From Cereibacter sphaeroides 2.4.1 (GTDB lineage Bacteria; Pseudomonadota; Alphaproteobacteria; Rhodobacterales; Rhodobacteraceae): a stretch of 32,000 nt of DNA. Numbering within the stretch: position 1 is the first letter of the stretch; every line of letters begins with the position of its first letter. Below, one piece after another: positions 14,765 to 23,956 of the stretch. The stretch spans positions 2,040,001 to 2,072,000 of the forward strand of contig NC_007493.2 of NCBI RefSeq assembly GCF_000012905.2, written 5' to 3'. The translations under genes were made by a program, and so were the position numbers. The notes beneath the pieces are model-generated. The model did no database searches and had not been told where the DNA came from. It worked only from the letters and a program-made list of their open reading frames with translations.

Positions 14765-15958
14765 ATGGCCAGCGACAGACCCAGCACCTACACCGGCCCC
14801 GCGCTTCTCAGCCGCGGGTTCCGGCCCTTCTTTCTGCTCTCGGCGCTGTTTGCGGCCGCGGCCATCCCGGCGTGGCTCGCGATCTGGACCGGCCGCCTCG
14901 CCCTGGCAGGACCGTTCGGGCCCGTCGACTGGCACATCCACGAGATGCTCTTCGGCTATACCTCGGCCGTGGTGGCGGGTTTCCTCTTCACCGCGATCCC
15001 GAACTGGACCGGCCGGATGCCGCGACAGGGCCTGCCGCTCGCGCTTCTGGCCGGGCTCTGGATCGCCGGTCGCTTCGCCGTCGCGGGCGCCTTCGGAGCA
15101 AATCCACTCCTCGTTCTCGTCCTCGATGCGGGCTTCCTTCTGGCCGTCACCGCCATGGCCTTGGTCGAGATTGCGGCGGGCCGGAACTGGAAGAACCTGA
15201 TGGTCGTGGTTCCCGTCGGAATCTACCTTCTCGCCAATGTCATTTTCCACCTCGAGGTCATGGAGGGCGGCGAAAGCGCAGTGGGGCGCAGGCTCGGCTT
15301 CGCCACCGTCACCTTCCTCATCATGCTGATCGGCGGGCGGATCATCCCGAGCTTCACCCGCAACTGGCTGGCCAAGCGCGGCCCGGGGGCCCTGCCCGTT
15401 CCGTTCGGCCGGTTCGACGGCCTCTGCCTCGCCGCCGCCGCCATGGCCCTCCTGTTCTGGACGCTGCGCCCCGAAGGCCTGCCGGCCGCGCTCCTCCTCG
15501 CTCTCGCGGCCGTCCTGCATGCCCTTCGGCTCGCCCGCTGGCGCGGCATGGCGACCTGGCGCTCGCCGCTCCTCCTGATGCTGCATGCGGCCTACGGCTT
15601 CGTGCCTCTCGGCCTCGCTGCAACCGCCGCGGCGGCCGCAGACTGGATCGGCGCGCCCGCGGGGATGCATCTCTTGGGCATCGGCGCCATCGGCGGCATG
15701 ACACTCGCCGTGATGATGCGCGCCTCGCTCGGCCATACCGGCCGCCCGCTCGAGGCCGGGCCTATCCTCAGCGCGGGCTTCGCCTGCCTTGCGGCGGCGG
15801 CGCTGGCCCGCGTGCTGCTCGCCTCGGCCGACATCGGCGGGCTTGACGGATACAGCCTCGCTGCGCTCTTCTGGACCCTCGCCTTCGCTGCTTACATCTT
15901 TCGGATAGGGCCATGCCTGATGCGTCCTTCCGCGCAGCAGACCCATCCAATTGGCTGA
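14765..15958 (+). CDS. nnrS: NnrS-family heme/copper membrane protein, 397 aa
   Basis: ATG 14765 is preceded by GAGGAGG. MASDRPSTYTGPALLSRGFRPFFLLSALFAAAAIPAWLAIW...HIHEMLFGYTSAVVAGFLFTAIPNWTGR is typical of NnrS, with a polytopic profile. It is adjacent and divergent to nnrR. Confidence 0.93.
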   Translation: MASDRPSTYTGPALLSRGFRPFFLLSALFAAAAIPAWLAIWTGRLALAGPFGPVDWHIHEMLFGYTSAVVAGFLFTAIPNWTGRMPRQGLPLALLAGLWIAGRFAVAGAFGANPLLVLVLDAGFLLAVTAMALVEIAAGRNWKNLMVVVPVGIYLLANVIFHLEVMEGGESAVGRRLGFATVTFLIMLIGGRIIPSFTRNWLAKRGPGALPVPFGRFDGLCLAAAAMALLFWTLRPEGLPAALLLALAAVLHALRLARWRGMATWRSPLLLMLHAAYGFVPLGLAATAAAAADWIGAPAGMHLLGIGAIGGMTLAVMMRASLGHTGRPLEAGPILSAGFACLAAAALARVLLASADIGGLDGYSLAALFWTLAFAAYIFRIGPCLMRPSAQQTHPIG

Positions 15959-16091
15959 TCTCGGAAGCAGGCGAAAACCCGCCTAAGGGTTGACAACCCG
16001 TCCAGAGGAGAGGTTACTTCTCACAACGGTCGGCCCCTCCCGGGGCCAGCGCGCACCGCGGGACCGACCGCAGGAGGAGCAGTTCAAAGGT

Positions 16092-17102
16092 ATGGGTAAG
16101 TCGGACGATGAGGAGGCGCGGCTCGCAGCCCTCCAGCGCTACGAAATTCTCGACACCGGCCCCGAGTCCGAATTCGACCTCATAACCGACCTGCTCCGCT
16201 CCATCTATGCCGTGCCCCTTGCGGTGATGAGCCTGATCGACGGCGACCGCCTGTGGGTCAAGTCGGTTCAGGGTGGCGAGCGCCGCGAGGTTCCCCGCTG
16301 CGACACCTTCTGCGACGTGGCGATCCGTGGCAAGAAGGTGCTGCAGATCGTCGATGCCCAGAGCGACCCGCGCTACCGGGACAATCCCTATGTCCGGGGT
16401 GAGCCCGGGATGCGCAGCTACCTCGGCGCGCCGCTCACCACGCCCGACGGCTACAACATCGGCACGCTCTGCGTGATCGACACGATCCCCCGCGACTATA
16501 CCAGCGTCGACCGGGAGGTGCTGGCCAACCTCGCCAAGCTCGCCGTCATCCATCTGGAGCTTCGGCTGCAGGCGACCGAGGATCAGCAGACCAGCGCCTC
16601 GACGCGCCGGGCTTTCCTCTCGGTCCTGCGGCGCGCGATGGAGCGGATGCGCCGGGCGTCGCAGAATTCGACGCTCGTGACCTTCGATCTCGACCATCTC
16701 CGCGACATCAACGAGACCTACGGCCATGCCTTCGGCGACGTGGTGCTGGCGACCGTGGCCCGCACCATCCGCAACACGATCCGCCGCGGCGACCATCTGG
16801 GCCGGCTCGGCGGCGAGGAGTTCGGGATCTTTCTGGAAGGCGCCACCCCGGATGTCGCCTTCCGCGTCACCGAGCGGCTGCGCCAGGCCATCGAGGACAC
16901 GCGCTTTCCGGGCCATCCCGAGGCACGGGTCACGGCGAGCTTCGGCATCGCGCCCTGCAGCCTGCACCATGCCACCGCCGAGGCCTGGGTCGCCGCGGCG
17001 GACGAACTGGTCAGAAGTGCCAAGAGCGCCGGCCGCAACCGGAGCGAAATGATCCTCGACCCGGACCGGGAAGGCGCGGTCAGCGCCCTCCGCCTGCACT
17101 GA
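16092..17102 (+). CDS. GAF-GGDEF diguanylate cyclase, 336 aa
   Basis: ATG 16092 gives MGKSDDEEARLAALQRYEILDTGPESEFD... (GAF). The catalytic motif RLGGEEFGIF is intact, and an RxxD I-site (RRGD) sits 5 residues upstream. The track start at 15990 is a TTG inside a TTGACA promoter-like hexamer. Confidence 0.88.
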   Translation: MGKSDDEEARLAALQRYEILDTGPESEFDLITDLLRSIYAVPLAVMSLIDGDRLWVKSVQGGERREVPRCDTFCDVAIRGKKVLQIVDAQSDPRYRDNPYVRGEPGMRSYLGAPLTTPDGYNIGTLCVIDTIPRDYTSVDREVLANLAKLAVIHLELRLQATEDQQTSASTRRAFLSVLRRAMERMRRASQNSTLVTFDLDHLRDINETYGHAFGDVVLATVARTIRNTIRRGDHLGRLGGEEFGIFLEGATPDVAFRVTERLRQAIEDTRFPGHPEARVTASFGIAPCSLHHATAEAWVAAADELVRSAKSAGRNRSEMILDPDREGAVSALRLH

Positions 17103-17121
17103 GGGCCAGGATCGCCCTCAG
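17099..17121. terminator. Bidirectional stem-loop embedding both convergent stop codons
   Basis: CTGAGGGC (17099-17106) / GCCCTCAG (17114-17121), 8-bp stem with a 7-nt loop. It contains the TGA of the cyclase (17100-17102) and the complement of the TGA of the TPR ORF (17118-17120). Confidence 0.5.
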
Positions 17122-18452
17122 CGGCTCGCGTTCAGGCCCGCCCGGGTCTCGGGCGTCGCGAGCTGATTGTTCAGCTCCGTGAAGATGCGCTTGGCCTCGG
17201 TCCGCTTGCCGAGGTTGAGGTAGGCGTAGCCGCGCATGATCGCGAGGTCGCGCCGCAGCCCCCCCGTCAGATCCTCATAGGCGGTGAGGAAGGCGATGGC
17301 GCGGCGATATTCCTTCAGCTGATAGGCCCGCACCCCGCGCTGATCCAGGATGATGGCCTCGACCTCGCGCCGCTGCTGGATGGTCAGGTCGGTCGCGGCG
17401 GCGAGCCGGGCGGCCTCTTCCGTCATCTTCAGCGCCAGCAGCGCGAGCGTCTTGCCGAAGCGCGCGTCCCGCGCGACCTGCGCCCCGAGGCGCCCCGAGG
17501 CGGCAGGCTCGAAAGCCGCCAGCGCCTCGAGCGGCCGGTCGAGATTATAGACGCACCAGGCCCGCTCGTAGAGCATGTCGGCGCTGGTGGCGCCGCTGGT
17601 GAGGCCGGTGCAGGTCCGCCAGTCGCCGCGTTGCGCTGCCGCGCGGACCGCGGACAGCCCCGCCCCTCCGCCGCTGCGCGCCACGCCCGCAGTGCGCGGG
17701 CGCCCCGCCGCGGGCAGATCCGCCTCGGCCACCGCAGTGCGGCCCGGCGTGCGCTTGGCTCCGCCCGTTGCTGCGGCAGCCGGCGCCGATGCCTCGGGCG
17801 CCGTGTCGCCGCGTCCCGCCCTCAGCCGTGTCTCGAGCGCCTTCAGCGCAGGTCCCGAGCCCGGAAGCTGCGCATTGGCCAGCCGGAAGAGCTCGACCAG
17901 CTCCGCATCGCTGGCCACGGCCTCCGCCTTCTCGAGCGTCGCCGTCACCTCGGACAGGCCCGAGCAGGAGGCGATCACCCCGCGATAGCTCTGCAGCGCG
18001 GCCGCCTTCTGGCCCGCCGCCGCCTGCAGCTCGGCCAGCCGCCAGGCGTTGTTCACCCGGTCGCAGCGCAGGATCGCGGGCGTCCGCCGCGCGATCTCGA
18101 TTGCCGCGCCCGCATTGCCCGCACTGGCGGCCGCATCGAAGGCGGCCTGTGCCTCGGCCGTGGCCAGAAGACGCTCCATCTCGGGCGGCGGCGTCCATCC
18201 GGGGAAGTTGCGCGACGTCTCGTCCATCGCCTGCCGGGCCTCGGTCAGGTCTCCGGCCGCGATCTGCCGGTAGATCCGGTCGATCTCGGCGGCGGGAGAC
18301 CGCTGCTGGCCCAGCGTCGTGAGGTCGGACGGCACGTCCCAGTCGGGAAACTGCGCGCGGAGGCGCCGCAGCTCGGCATCCGCCGCCCGGTTGGCGCGCG
18401 TCGAAGGGCGGGATCGCCGCCCCCGGACGACCCGAAAGGGCGCAATCGCCAA
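17118..18452 (-). CDS. TPR-repeat protein of the cellulose cluster (BcsC-N-terminal / BcsK-like); N-terminus unresolved
   Basis: The frame has strong third-position GC from about 18385 downstream. It carries TPR-like repeats (e.g. RDLAIMRGYAYLNLGKRTEAKRIFTELN) and a repeated FPDWDVP / FPGWTPP motif. The only start after the in-frame TGA (18522-18524) is TTG 18452. There is no signal peptide and no ATG until well inside protein-like sequence. See the finding on the frame discontinuity. Confidence 0.7.
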   Translation of the reverse strand: MAIAPFRVVRGRRSRPSTRANRAADAELRRLRAQFPDWDVPSDLTTLGQQRSPAAEIDRIYRQIAAGDLTEARQAMDETSRNFPGWTPPPEMERLLATAEAQAAFDAAASAGNAGAAIEIARRTPAILRCDRVNNAWRLAELQAAAGQKAAALQSYRGVIASCSGLSEVTATLEKAEAVASDAELVELFRLANAQLPGSGPALKALETRLRAGRGDTAPEASAPAAAATGGAKRTPGRTAVAEADLPAAGRPRTAGVARSGGGAGLSAVRAAAQRGDWRTCTGLTSGATSADMLYERAWCVYNLDRPLEALAAFEPAASGRLGAQVARDARFGKTLALLALKMTEEAARLAAATDLTIQQRREVEAIILDQRGVRAYQLKEYRRAIAFLTAYEDLTGGLRRDLAIMRGYAYLNLGKRTEAKRIFTELNNQLATPETRAGLNASR

Positions 18453-19383
18453 GCGCGAGCACGGCGCGGAAGCCCGGATCGGCGGACCGTTCCAGCACCG
18501 CCCCCGTGTCGCGGTCGAACCTCACCGGCGTGTCGCCGGCTGCGGCGTCCCCGGCCGCCTCCACCGCGCGGCGCAGCGCGGGATTGGCGGTCAGCCCGGA
18601 CCAGAGCAGGAACAGGGGCACCCGCAGCGCATCGTAGCCGCTGTTGTGGGACAGGCCCGGCGCCGGCTGTGTGCCGAAGGGCGTGACCAGCGCCCAGTCC
18701 GGCGGAAGCCCGAGCGACGCGATCCAGTCCGCCCCGTCGCGGGCACAGCGCGCCAGCCGGTCCTGGCCGCTGAAGGCGGCGAGCTCGGTCAGGGCGCGGG
18801 GCATGTAGTAGGAGGGGTTGAGCACCACCCCGTCCGGCGTCTCGAAGCCGCTGGCCCCCGGCAGCAGCACGAGCTGCTCGGAGCCGTCCGGATGCGGACG
18901 CACGCAATGCAGCGCGATGGCGCGCGCCAGTTCGGTCGCCCGCCCGGCGTAATCGGCCTTGCCGAACCGCTGCGCGGCCATGGCGAGACCCCAGGCGTAG
19001 AAGAGATCGCCGTCGGTGGCGTTGTTCTCGTCGGGCACGGCCAGCGCCACACCGGGCAGCCAGCGCCAGCTCAGAAGCTTGTCCTCGCGCCGCGCAAGGT
19101 TCGCCTCGGTCCAGTCGACGATGCGCCGCAGGGCCTCCTCGTCGCCGAAGATCGCGGCGAGCGTGGCTCCGTAGCCCTGCCCTTCGGAATGGCTCGCATT
19201 CTGCTGCGGCCCGTCGACGATGCGGCCGGCGGGCAGCAGGAACGCATCCTTCCAGCTGCGCCAGGCCGCCTGGAGCGGGTGGTCCGCAGGCAAAGCCTCT
19301 CTGCCCGACTGCGCGAGGAGGCGTCCTGCAGGGGCCAGCATCAGCGCGGCGGCGGCCGATGTCAGGATGGTCCGTCTCCTCAT
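18385..19383 (-). CDS. bcsZ: Glycoside hydrolase family 8 endo-1,4-beta-glucanase of the cellulose synthase operon; 3' end unresolved (no in-frame stop before 17545)
   Basis: ATG 19383 overlaps the bcsB stop (ATGA). The leader MRRRTILTSAAAALMLAPAGRLLAQ is twin-arginine-like. GH8 catalytic contexts are present: HSEGQGYG, NATDGDLFYAWGL, SGYDALRVPLFLLW. GH8-like sequence (ADPGFRAVLAL) runs to about 18455. Beyond about 18385 this frame becomes Arg/Gly junk with low third-position GC. Confidence 0.8.
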
Positions 19384-21557
19384 TTCAGGCCCTTCCTCCG
19401 GGTGCGGAGCACGAAGCCCACGGCGATTGCAGCGCTGATCCAGGCGAGGCCCAGCATCCCGCCGAGCAGCAGGGGCGGCCGCGCCGACGCGACGTTGCCC
19501 ACCACGCTGCGCACATTGTCAAGGCTCACGGGTTCGCGCAACTCCGGCAGGAGGCCGGGCTTCGACCAGCTCGACCAGCGTCCGTCAGAGCCGAGAACGG
19601 CCACCTGACCGCGGGGCCCGCCGGGCGAGCGCGGCGCCATGGCGAGGGCTTCCGCAACCCGGGCCGGCTCGGCCTCGGGCCCGAGGATGACCCAGAGCTT
19701 GCCCGGTTCGGGCGCGAGCAGCATGGCCGTGCCCTTGCGCGTGGCGAGCCACTCGGCGAGGTTGCCGTCCCCCGGTCGCAGCATCCGCCGGACCGTCTGG
19801 ATCACGGGCTGCAGCGTGGCCTGCACGAAGGTCTGGGCGCGGTCCGACCAGTTCGACTCGACCAGCGGCGGCATCACCCCCTCGCCCGGCGCGGCGCCCA
19901 GCGGGGCGAGGGCGTTGGCCGGCGGACCCGCGGGCGTCGCCGGACGCTCCACCAGCCGGGAGACGGTGGAGGGTAGCAGCGTCAGGGCGAGAAGGCGCGG
20001 CGTCAGGCCTTCCTCGTTCAGGGGAACCGTGGCGATGTCGTGCAGACCCGCCACCGTCAGATCCACGGGTGCCGCGTCGGGCACCTCGCGGAAGGCCGCC
20101 ATGAAGGGCAGCGTCCGCGCCAGACCGTCCGGCGTGGCAGGATGCACCGATGCCGGCGTCACCTGCGCCAGATCCCGCGCCATGTCCGCCATCTGCATCC
20201 GGGGCGACGGCGGCACCTCGAGATCGGTCGAGCTCAGCACCTGCATCAGGTCGCCGGCGGAGGCAGGACAGGGCTGGTCGGGCGGATTGCCCGGGATGAC
20301 CGATTCGAACGACAGCCGGTTCGGGCCGGGATGCAGGAGCCGCGCCGGAAAGCGGATGTCGAGCCGGGGCTTGACGGGGGCGGCGTCGCGGTCGAGCGGC
20401 AGCATGCGCACCGTCGTGCCATTGACCTTCACGAGCAGCAGCGCGCCCTCGGGCAGCCCGCCGGCAAAGCCGTAGTCGATGCCGATCTGCGCCTTCTGGC
20501 TCGCCAGCAGCAGCCAGTCGTCCGGCAGCTGGAAGTCGATATCGCGGTTGAAGTAGCGGTTGTCGGTGAGAATGGTGTCGACGCCCATGTCGGCCAGCGT
20601 GACGACGCGGCCGGGCGGGATCTGCGGTAGCGTCGGAGGCGGCAGCGTCGGGGTCGCTCCCAGAAGATCGGCGACGAGCGACGCGTTGGGTGAGCCTTCG
20701 GGCGGATGTTCGAGGACCAGAACCACGGCCCCGTCCCCGCCCCGGCGTATGGAAACGCGGTCGGCGTCGGACGGAAGAAGCGTGATCCGCGCATAGGTGG
20801 GGCCGGTCTCGGCCGACCACGGCTTGCTCAGCGCGAGCGGCAGCGCCTCGTCAGGCAATGGCCGCCCGAGAGCCTGGGCGAGGGTGCGCAGCGTCGCCTC
20901 GTCGGGCGGGGTGGGTGTGCGGATCTCGACCGGCCGGCCCGACTCCGCCTGTGCAGTGAGGGCCGCGATGAACGAGGTAGGTTCGGTGCCGATCGCCGCG
21001 GCGGGAAGCGCCACGCCGCTCTGGCTCAGATCGACCTCGGTCCAGAGATCGAACTCCGCATCCGCACCGCAGTAGATGCGGTGCCGGTGCTGCGCCTCGA
21101 TCGTCACGAGATTGTCGCCCGCCCGCACGGCTTCGCCGAGCGGCATGGTGACGGCCCCCAGAGCGCCGAACTGGCGGGGGGTGAAGCGGCCGATCTCCTG
21201 ATCGTTCATCCGCACGATGATCTGTGAGCTTTCGGGCAGGATGTCGATGCTGCTGCGCTGCGCGAGCGTGAGCGTGCCGCCGACCGCTTCGGTCGGCAGG
21301 AAGAGGCGGAAGGCCGCGCGCGCCTGCTGACCCTGCAGGCGGAAGAGCGGCCCGACCTGCGCGGTCTCGGCCAGAGGGCGCAGCGGAATGATCCAGGGGG
21401 CGACCTCCGCCGCCGGCACCGCTTCCGCGACCGCATCGGGGGACGCCTGCGGCTCTTCGGAGGTGAGGCCCTCGATCACGATCATCGGCGCGTCCTGCGC
21501 CGCGGCCATCGACGCCAGCGTCCCGAGGAAAAGGAAAGGCAGCAGTCGCATGTCCAT
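19380..21557 (-). CDS. bcsB: Cellulose synthase periplasmic subunit BcsB, 725 aa
   Basis: ATG 21557 overlaps the bcsA stop (ATGA). MDMRLLPFLFLGTLASMAAAQDAP... is a signal peptide, and there is a C-terminal TM anchor (LLLGGMLGLAWISAAIAVGFVL). The 725-aa length matches the R. sphaeroides BcsB that I recall from the BcsA-BcsB crystal structure. The track ORF to 22700 is an off-frame extension into bcsA. Confidence 0.95.
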   Translation of the reverse strand: MDMRLLPFLFLGTLASMAAAQDAPMIVIEGLTSEEPQASPDAVAEAVPAAEVAPWIIPLRPLAETAQVGPLFRLQGQQARAAFRLFLPTEAVGGTLTLAQRSSIDILPESSQIIVRMNDQEIGRFTPRQFGALGAVTMPLGEAVRAGDNLVTIEAQHRHRIYCGADAEFDLWTEVDLSQSGVALPAAAIGTEPTSFIAALTAQAESGRPVEIRTPTPPDEATLRTLAQALGRPLPDEALPLALSKPWSAETGPTYARITLLPSDADRVSIRRGGDGAVVLVLEHPPEGSPNASLVADLLGATPTLPPPTLPQIPPGRVVTLADMGVDTILTDNRYFNRDIDFQLPDDWLLLASQKAQIGIDYGFAGGLPEGALLLVKVNGTTVRMLPLDRDAAPVKPRLDIRFPARLLHPGPNRLSFESVIPGNPPDQPCPASAGDLMQVLSSTDLEVPPSPRMQMADMARDLAQVTPASVHPATPDGLARTLPFMAAFREVPDAAPVDLTVAGLHDIATVPLNEEGLTPRLLALTLLPSTVSRLVERPATPAGPPANALAPLGAAPGEGVMPPLVESNWSDRAQTFVQATLQPVIQTVRRMLRPGDGNLAEWLATRKGTAMLLAPEPGKLWVILGPEAEPARVAEALAMAPRSPGGPRGQVAVLGSDGRWSSWSKPGLLPELREPVSLDNVRSVVGNVASARPPLLLGGMLGLAWISAAIAVGFVLRTRRKGLK

Positions 21558-23923
21558 CAGTTCGACCCCCAGGCGACCGTGTTGGGACGCGCGGAGACCT
21601 GCGCCGTCGGATCGAGCAGCTCGCCCGCCCAGTCGGGTTCGGTGCTGAAGTCGGTGCCGAAGGCCAGAAGATGCGCCTGCTTCTCCTTCGGTTCCTCGTG
21701 GCGGCGCCGGCGGCGGGCCGGTTCGTCCATGAAGTCGCGCGCGGTCTTGGGCAGGCTGGCGGCCGCCATCCACAGGATTCGCGCCATCCCGTGCAGGAGC
21801 CCGATGGGCCGCATCGTGGCCTCGCGCATCGTGCGCCAGTGCGCGCTCTCGCCGAAGATGAGATAGGCCACCGTCTCGCGCACCGCGATCGGTTGGCCCG
21901 CCTCGAAGATCACGCCCACCATCACCGTTCCGCCCTCGCGGCGCGCCGAGCGGATGCGGCCGCGCACCATGCGCTCGAGCTGCGGCGCGTCGGGGAACTT
22001 CGGCTGGAACTGGATGAGCCCTCCCGCCTCGAGCGCCGGGTGCGGATCGCCCACGCCGGGCAGCCGGACCAGAAGGCGCACGCCGCTGGTCGAGGCGTCG
22101 AGCACGGTCGCGGTCAGCGAGCGGTTGCCGAAGGCAGGGATCTGCGCCTCGGCCGGCACCTCCATCTGCACACGGGGGGCCGCGCGCCGCTGCTGCTTCT
22201 CGGCCACCGCCCGCAAAGCGAAGCCCACGAGAAGCACGTTGAGCACCGCCCAGCCGCCCACGACGAGGAGGACCGACCGGTCGCCGGGGAAGGCCACCCA
22301 GCGCACCAGCGTGGCGAGCACCCCGGACAGGCAGAGCAGGAAGGTGAAGAGGAGCGGACGGTAGATGGGCGAAATGTAGTTCTCGCTCAGCGTCTCGTCC
22401 TTCGCGGTCACCGCGAAGCGGGCACTGCGCGGCCGCAGCAGCGTGGTCACGATGGCGCGCGCCAGATAGGGCGCCTGTGCCACCTCGTAGACTTCGGAGA
22501 CGAGCGGCCATCGCTGCCGCGCAAACAGCGCGTTCTGCACGAGGAAGCTCACCGCCAGATAGCCCGGCATGTAGGCCAGCACCTCCTCGAAGGTGGCGAC
22601 GAAGATCTCGATGCCGAAGAACAGATAGATGAGCGGCGCCACGAGGAACATCATCCGCACCAGCGGGAAGAACCAGAAGCTCATCGAGTTGAGGTAGCAC
22701 AGGCGCTGCGCGATCCCGAGACCGCGGCGGAAGAGCGGGTTCTTCAGCAGCAGCATCTGCATCATGCCGGTGGCCCAGCGGCCGCGCTGCTGGATGAAGG
22801 AGGCGAAGGTCTCGGGCTGGAGCCCCGCGATCATGGCGCGGTCGATATAGAGGCTCTTCCAGCCGCGGGAATGGATCTCGAGCGCGGTCTCGGCATCCTC
22901 GGTGATGGTCTCGCCGGCAAAGCCGCCCGCCTCGTCGAGGGCGCGGCGGCGCAGGACCGCGGCCGATCCGCAGAAGAAGGCCCCGCCCCAGCGGTCGAGG
23001 CCGCGGTGGATCTTGCCGTAGAACATCTCGTTCTCGGGCGGGCAGCGGTCGCCGAGCGCGAGGTTGCGCTGGATCGGGTCGGGGTTGATGAAGAAGTGCG
23101 GCGTCTGGACGAGGAAGAGGTCAGGATCCTCGACGAAATAGCCCACCGTCCGGGCAAGGAAGTCGCGGCTCGGGACGTGGTCGGCATCGAACACCACCAC
23201 GAGCTCGCCCTTCAGCCGCTCGAGCGCGGCCGACATGTTGCCCGCCTTGGCATGTTCGTTCCGCTCGCGCGTCGAATAGACCACGCCCAGCTCGCGGCAG
23301 AGCTGCTGCAACTCGCGCCGCCGCTCCTGCGCCTTCTGCGCAAGCTCGGGGTCGGGCGACATGCAGCGCTGGTCGGTGCCCCCGTCGTCGCAGAGCACCA
23401 CCGTGCGCAGCCGCGCCGGATAGATCATGTTCTTGGCCGCCGCGAGCGTCACGCTCAGCATGTCGGCGGGCTCGTTGTAGGAGGGCACGAGAATGTCGAC
23501 CGTCGGCAGCTCCTCGGGCTGCAGCGGCCGCGGGAAGGGCCGGTCGGTCGGGTCGGCGCTGAGAAAGCCGTTGAGGAAGAAGATGGAGATCGAGAAGGTC
23601 TCGACCGCGAAGAGCAGCAGAGCGAAGAGGAACGAGGCGTCGAGCGCGGGCGGCGGCAGCGTTTCGAACAGGCGCCAGAACCAGTAGCGCATCACCAGCA
23701 TCGAGGCCGCGGACAGAAGCAGGAAGCGCGGCACCATCTTGTCGGCGAAGGGCTTGAGCAGCGCCACCAGCACCACCGCCGACAAAGCGATGAGGCCCTG
23801 CGCCGAGGGCGCGACCGGCGCGGCGGCCAGCAGCCCGAACGGCACGAGGAGAGCCACCCACAGCAGGAACAGCAGGACGGGAACGACCCTTAGCGGGGAG
23901 CGGGCCTTGGCTCGAACGGTCAT
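21557..23923 (-). CDS. bcsA: Cellulose synthase catalytic subunit BcsA (GT2 with C-terminal PilZ domain), 788 aa
   Basis: MTVRAKARSPLRVVPVLLFLLWV... GT2 motifs: VLCDDGGTD, VFDADH, TEDAET, QQRGRWATG (QxxRW). PilZ c-di-GMP motifs: RRAAPR (RxxxR) and DASTSG (DxSxxG). The length matches R. sphaeroides BcsA. Confidence 0.97.
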   Translation of the reverse strand: MTVRAKARSPLRVVPVLLFLLWVALLVPFGLLAAAPVAPSAQGLIALSAVVLVALLKPFADKMVPRFLLLSAASMLVMRYWFWRLFETLPPPALDASFLFALLLFAVETFSISIFFLNGFLSADPTDRPFPRPLQPEELPTVDILVPSYNEPADMLSVTLAAAKNMIYPARLRTVVLCDDGGTDQRCMSPDPELAQKAQERRRELQQLCRELGVVYSTRERNEHAKAGNMSAALERLKGELVVVFDADHVPSRDFLARTVGYFVEDPDLFLVQTPHFFINPDPIQRNLALGDRCPPENEMFYGKIHRGLDRWGGAFFCGSAAVLRRRALDEAGGFAGETITEDAETALEIHSRGWKSLYIDRAMIAGLQPETFASFIQQRGRWATGMMQMLLLKNPLFRRGLGIAQRLCYLNSMSFWFFPLVRMMFLVAPLIYLFFGIEIFVATFEEVLAYMPGYLAVSFLVQNALFARQRWPLVSEVYEVAQAPYLARAIVTTLLRPRSARFAVTAKDETLSENYISPIYRPLLFTFLLCLSGVLATLVRWVAFPGDRSVLLVVGGWAVLNVLLVGFALRAVAEKQQRRAAPRVQMEVPAEAQIPAFGNRSLTATVLDASTSGVRLLVRLPGVGDPHPALEAGGLIQFQPKFPDAPQLERMVRGRIRSARREGGTVMVGVIFEAGQPIAVRETVAYLIFGESAHWRTMREATMRPIGLLHGMARILWMAAASLPKTARDFMDEPARRRRRHEEPKEKQAHLLAFGTDFSTEPDWAGELLDPTAQVSARPNTVAWGSN

Positions 23924-23956
23924 GGGCGGGTCTCCGGGAAGCTTAAGGGGCGGCGC

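Noticed and set aside
13775-15946. 723-aa minus-strand ORF spanning nnrR (off-frame) and antisense to nnrS
   Set aside because: Arg/Gly-rich. It crosses the nnrR-nnrS intergenic region, whereas nnrR and nnrS both have family-typical sequences.
15990-16019. Sigma-70-like promoter TTGACA (15990-15995) ... TTACTT (16014-16019) upstream of the GAF-GGDEF gene
   Set aside because: The spacer is 18 nt and the -10 hexamer matches TATAAT at only 3 of 6 positions. It is plausible but too weak to list as a feature.
17545-18384. C-terminal 280 aa of the 612-aa GH8 track ORF
   Set aside because: Third-position GC collapses and the sequence becomes Arg/Gly-rich, while the overlapping +1 frame is clearly coding (TPR protein). 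I treat it as non-coding read-through caused by a frame discontinuity (see the finding).
21671-23893. 740-aa plus-strand ORF antisense to bcsA, and ORFs 19585-20820 (-) and 19639-20475 (+) within bcsB
   Set aside because: Low-complexity Arg/Gly/His composition. BcsA and BcsB are identified with high confidence in the other frames.
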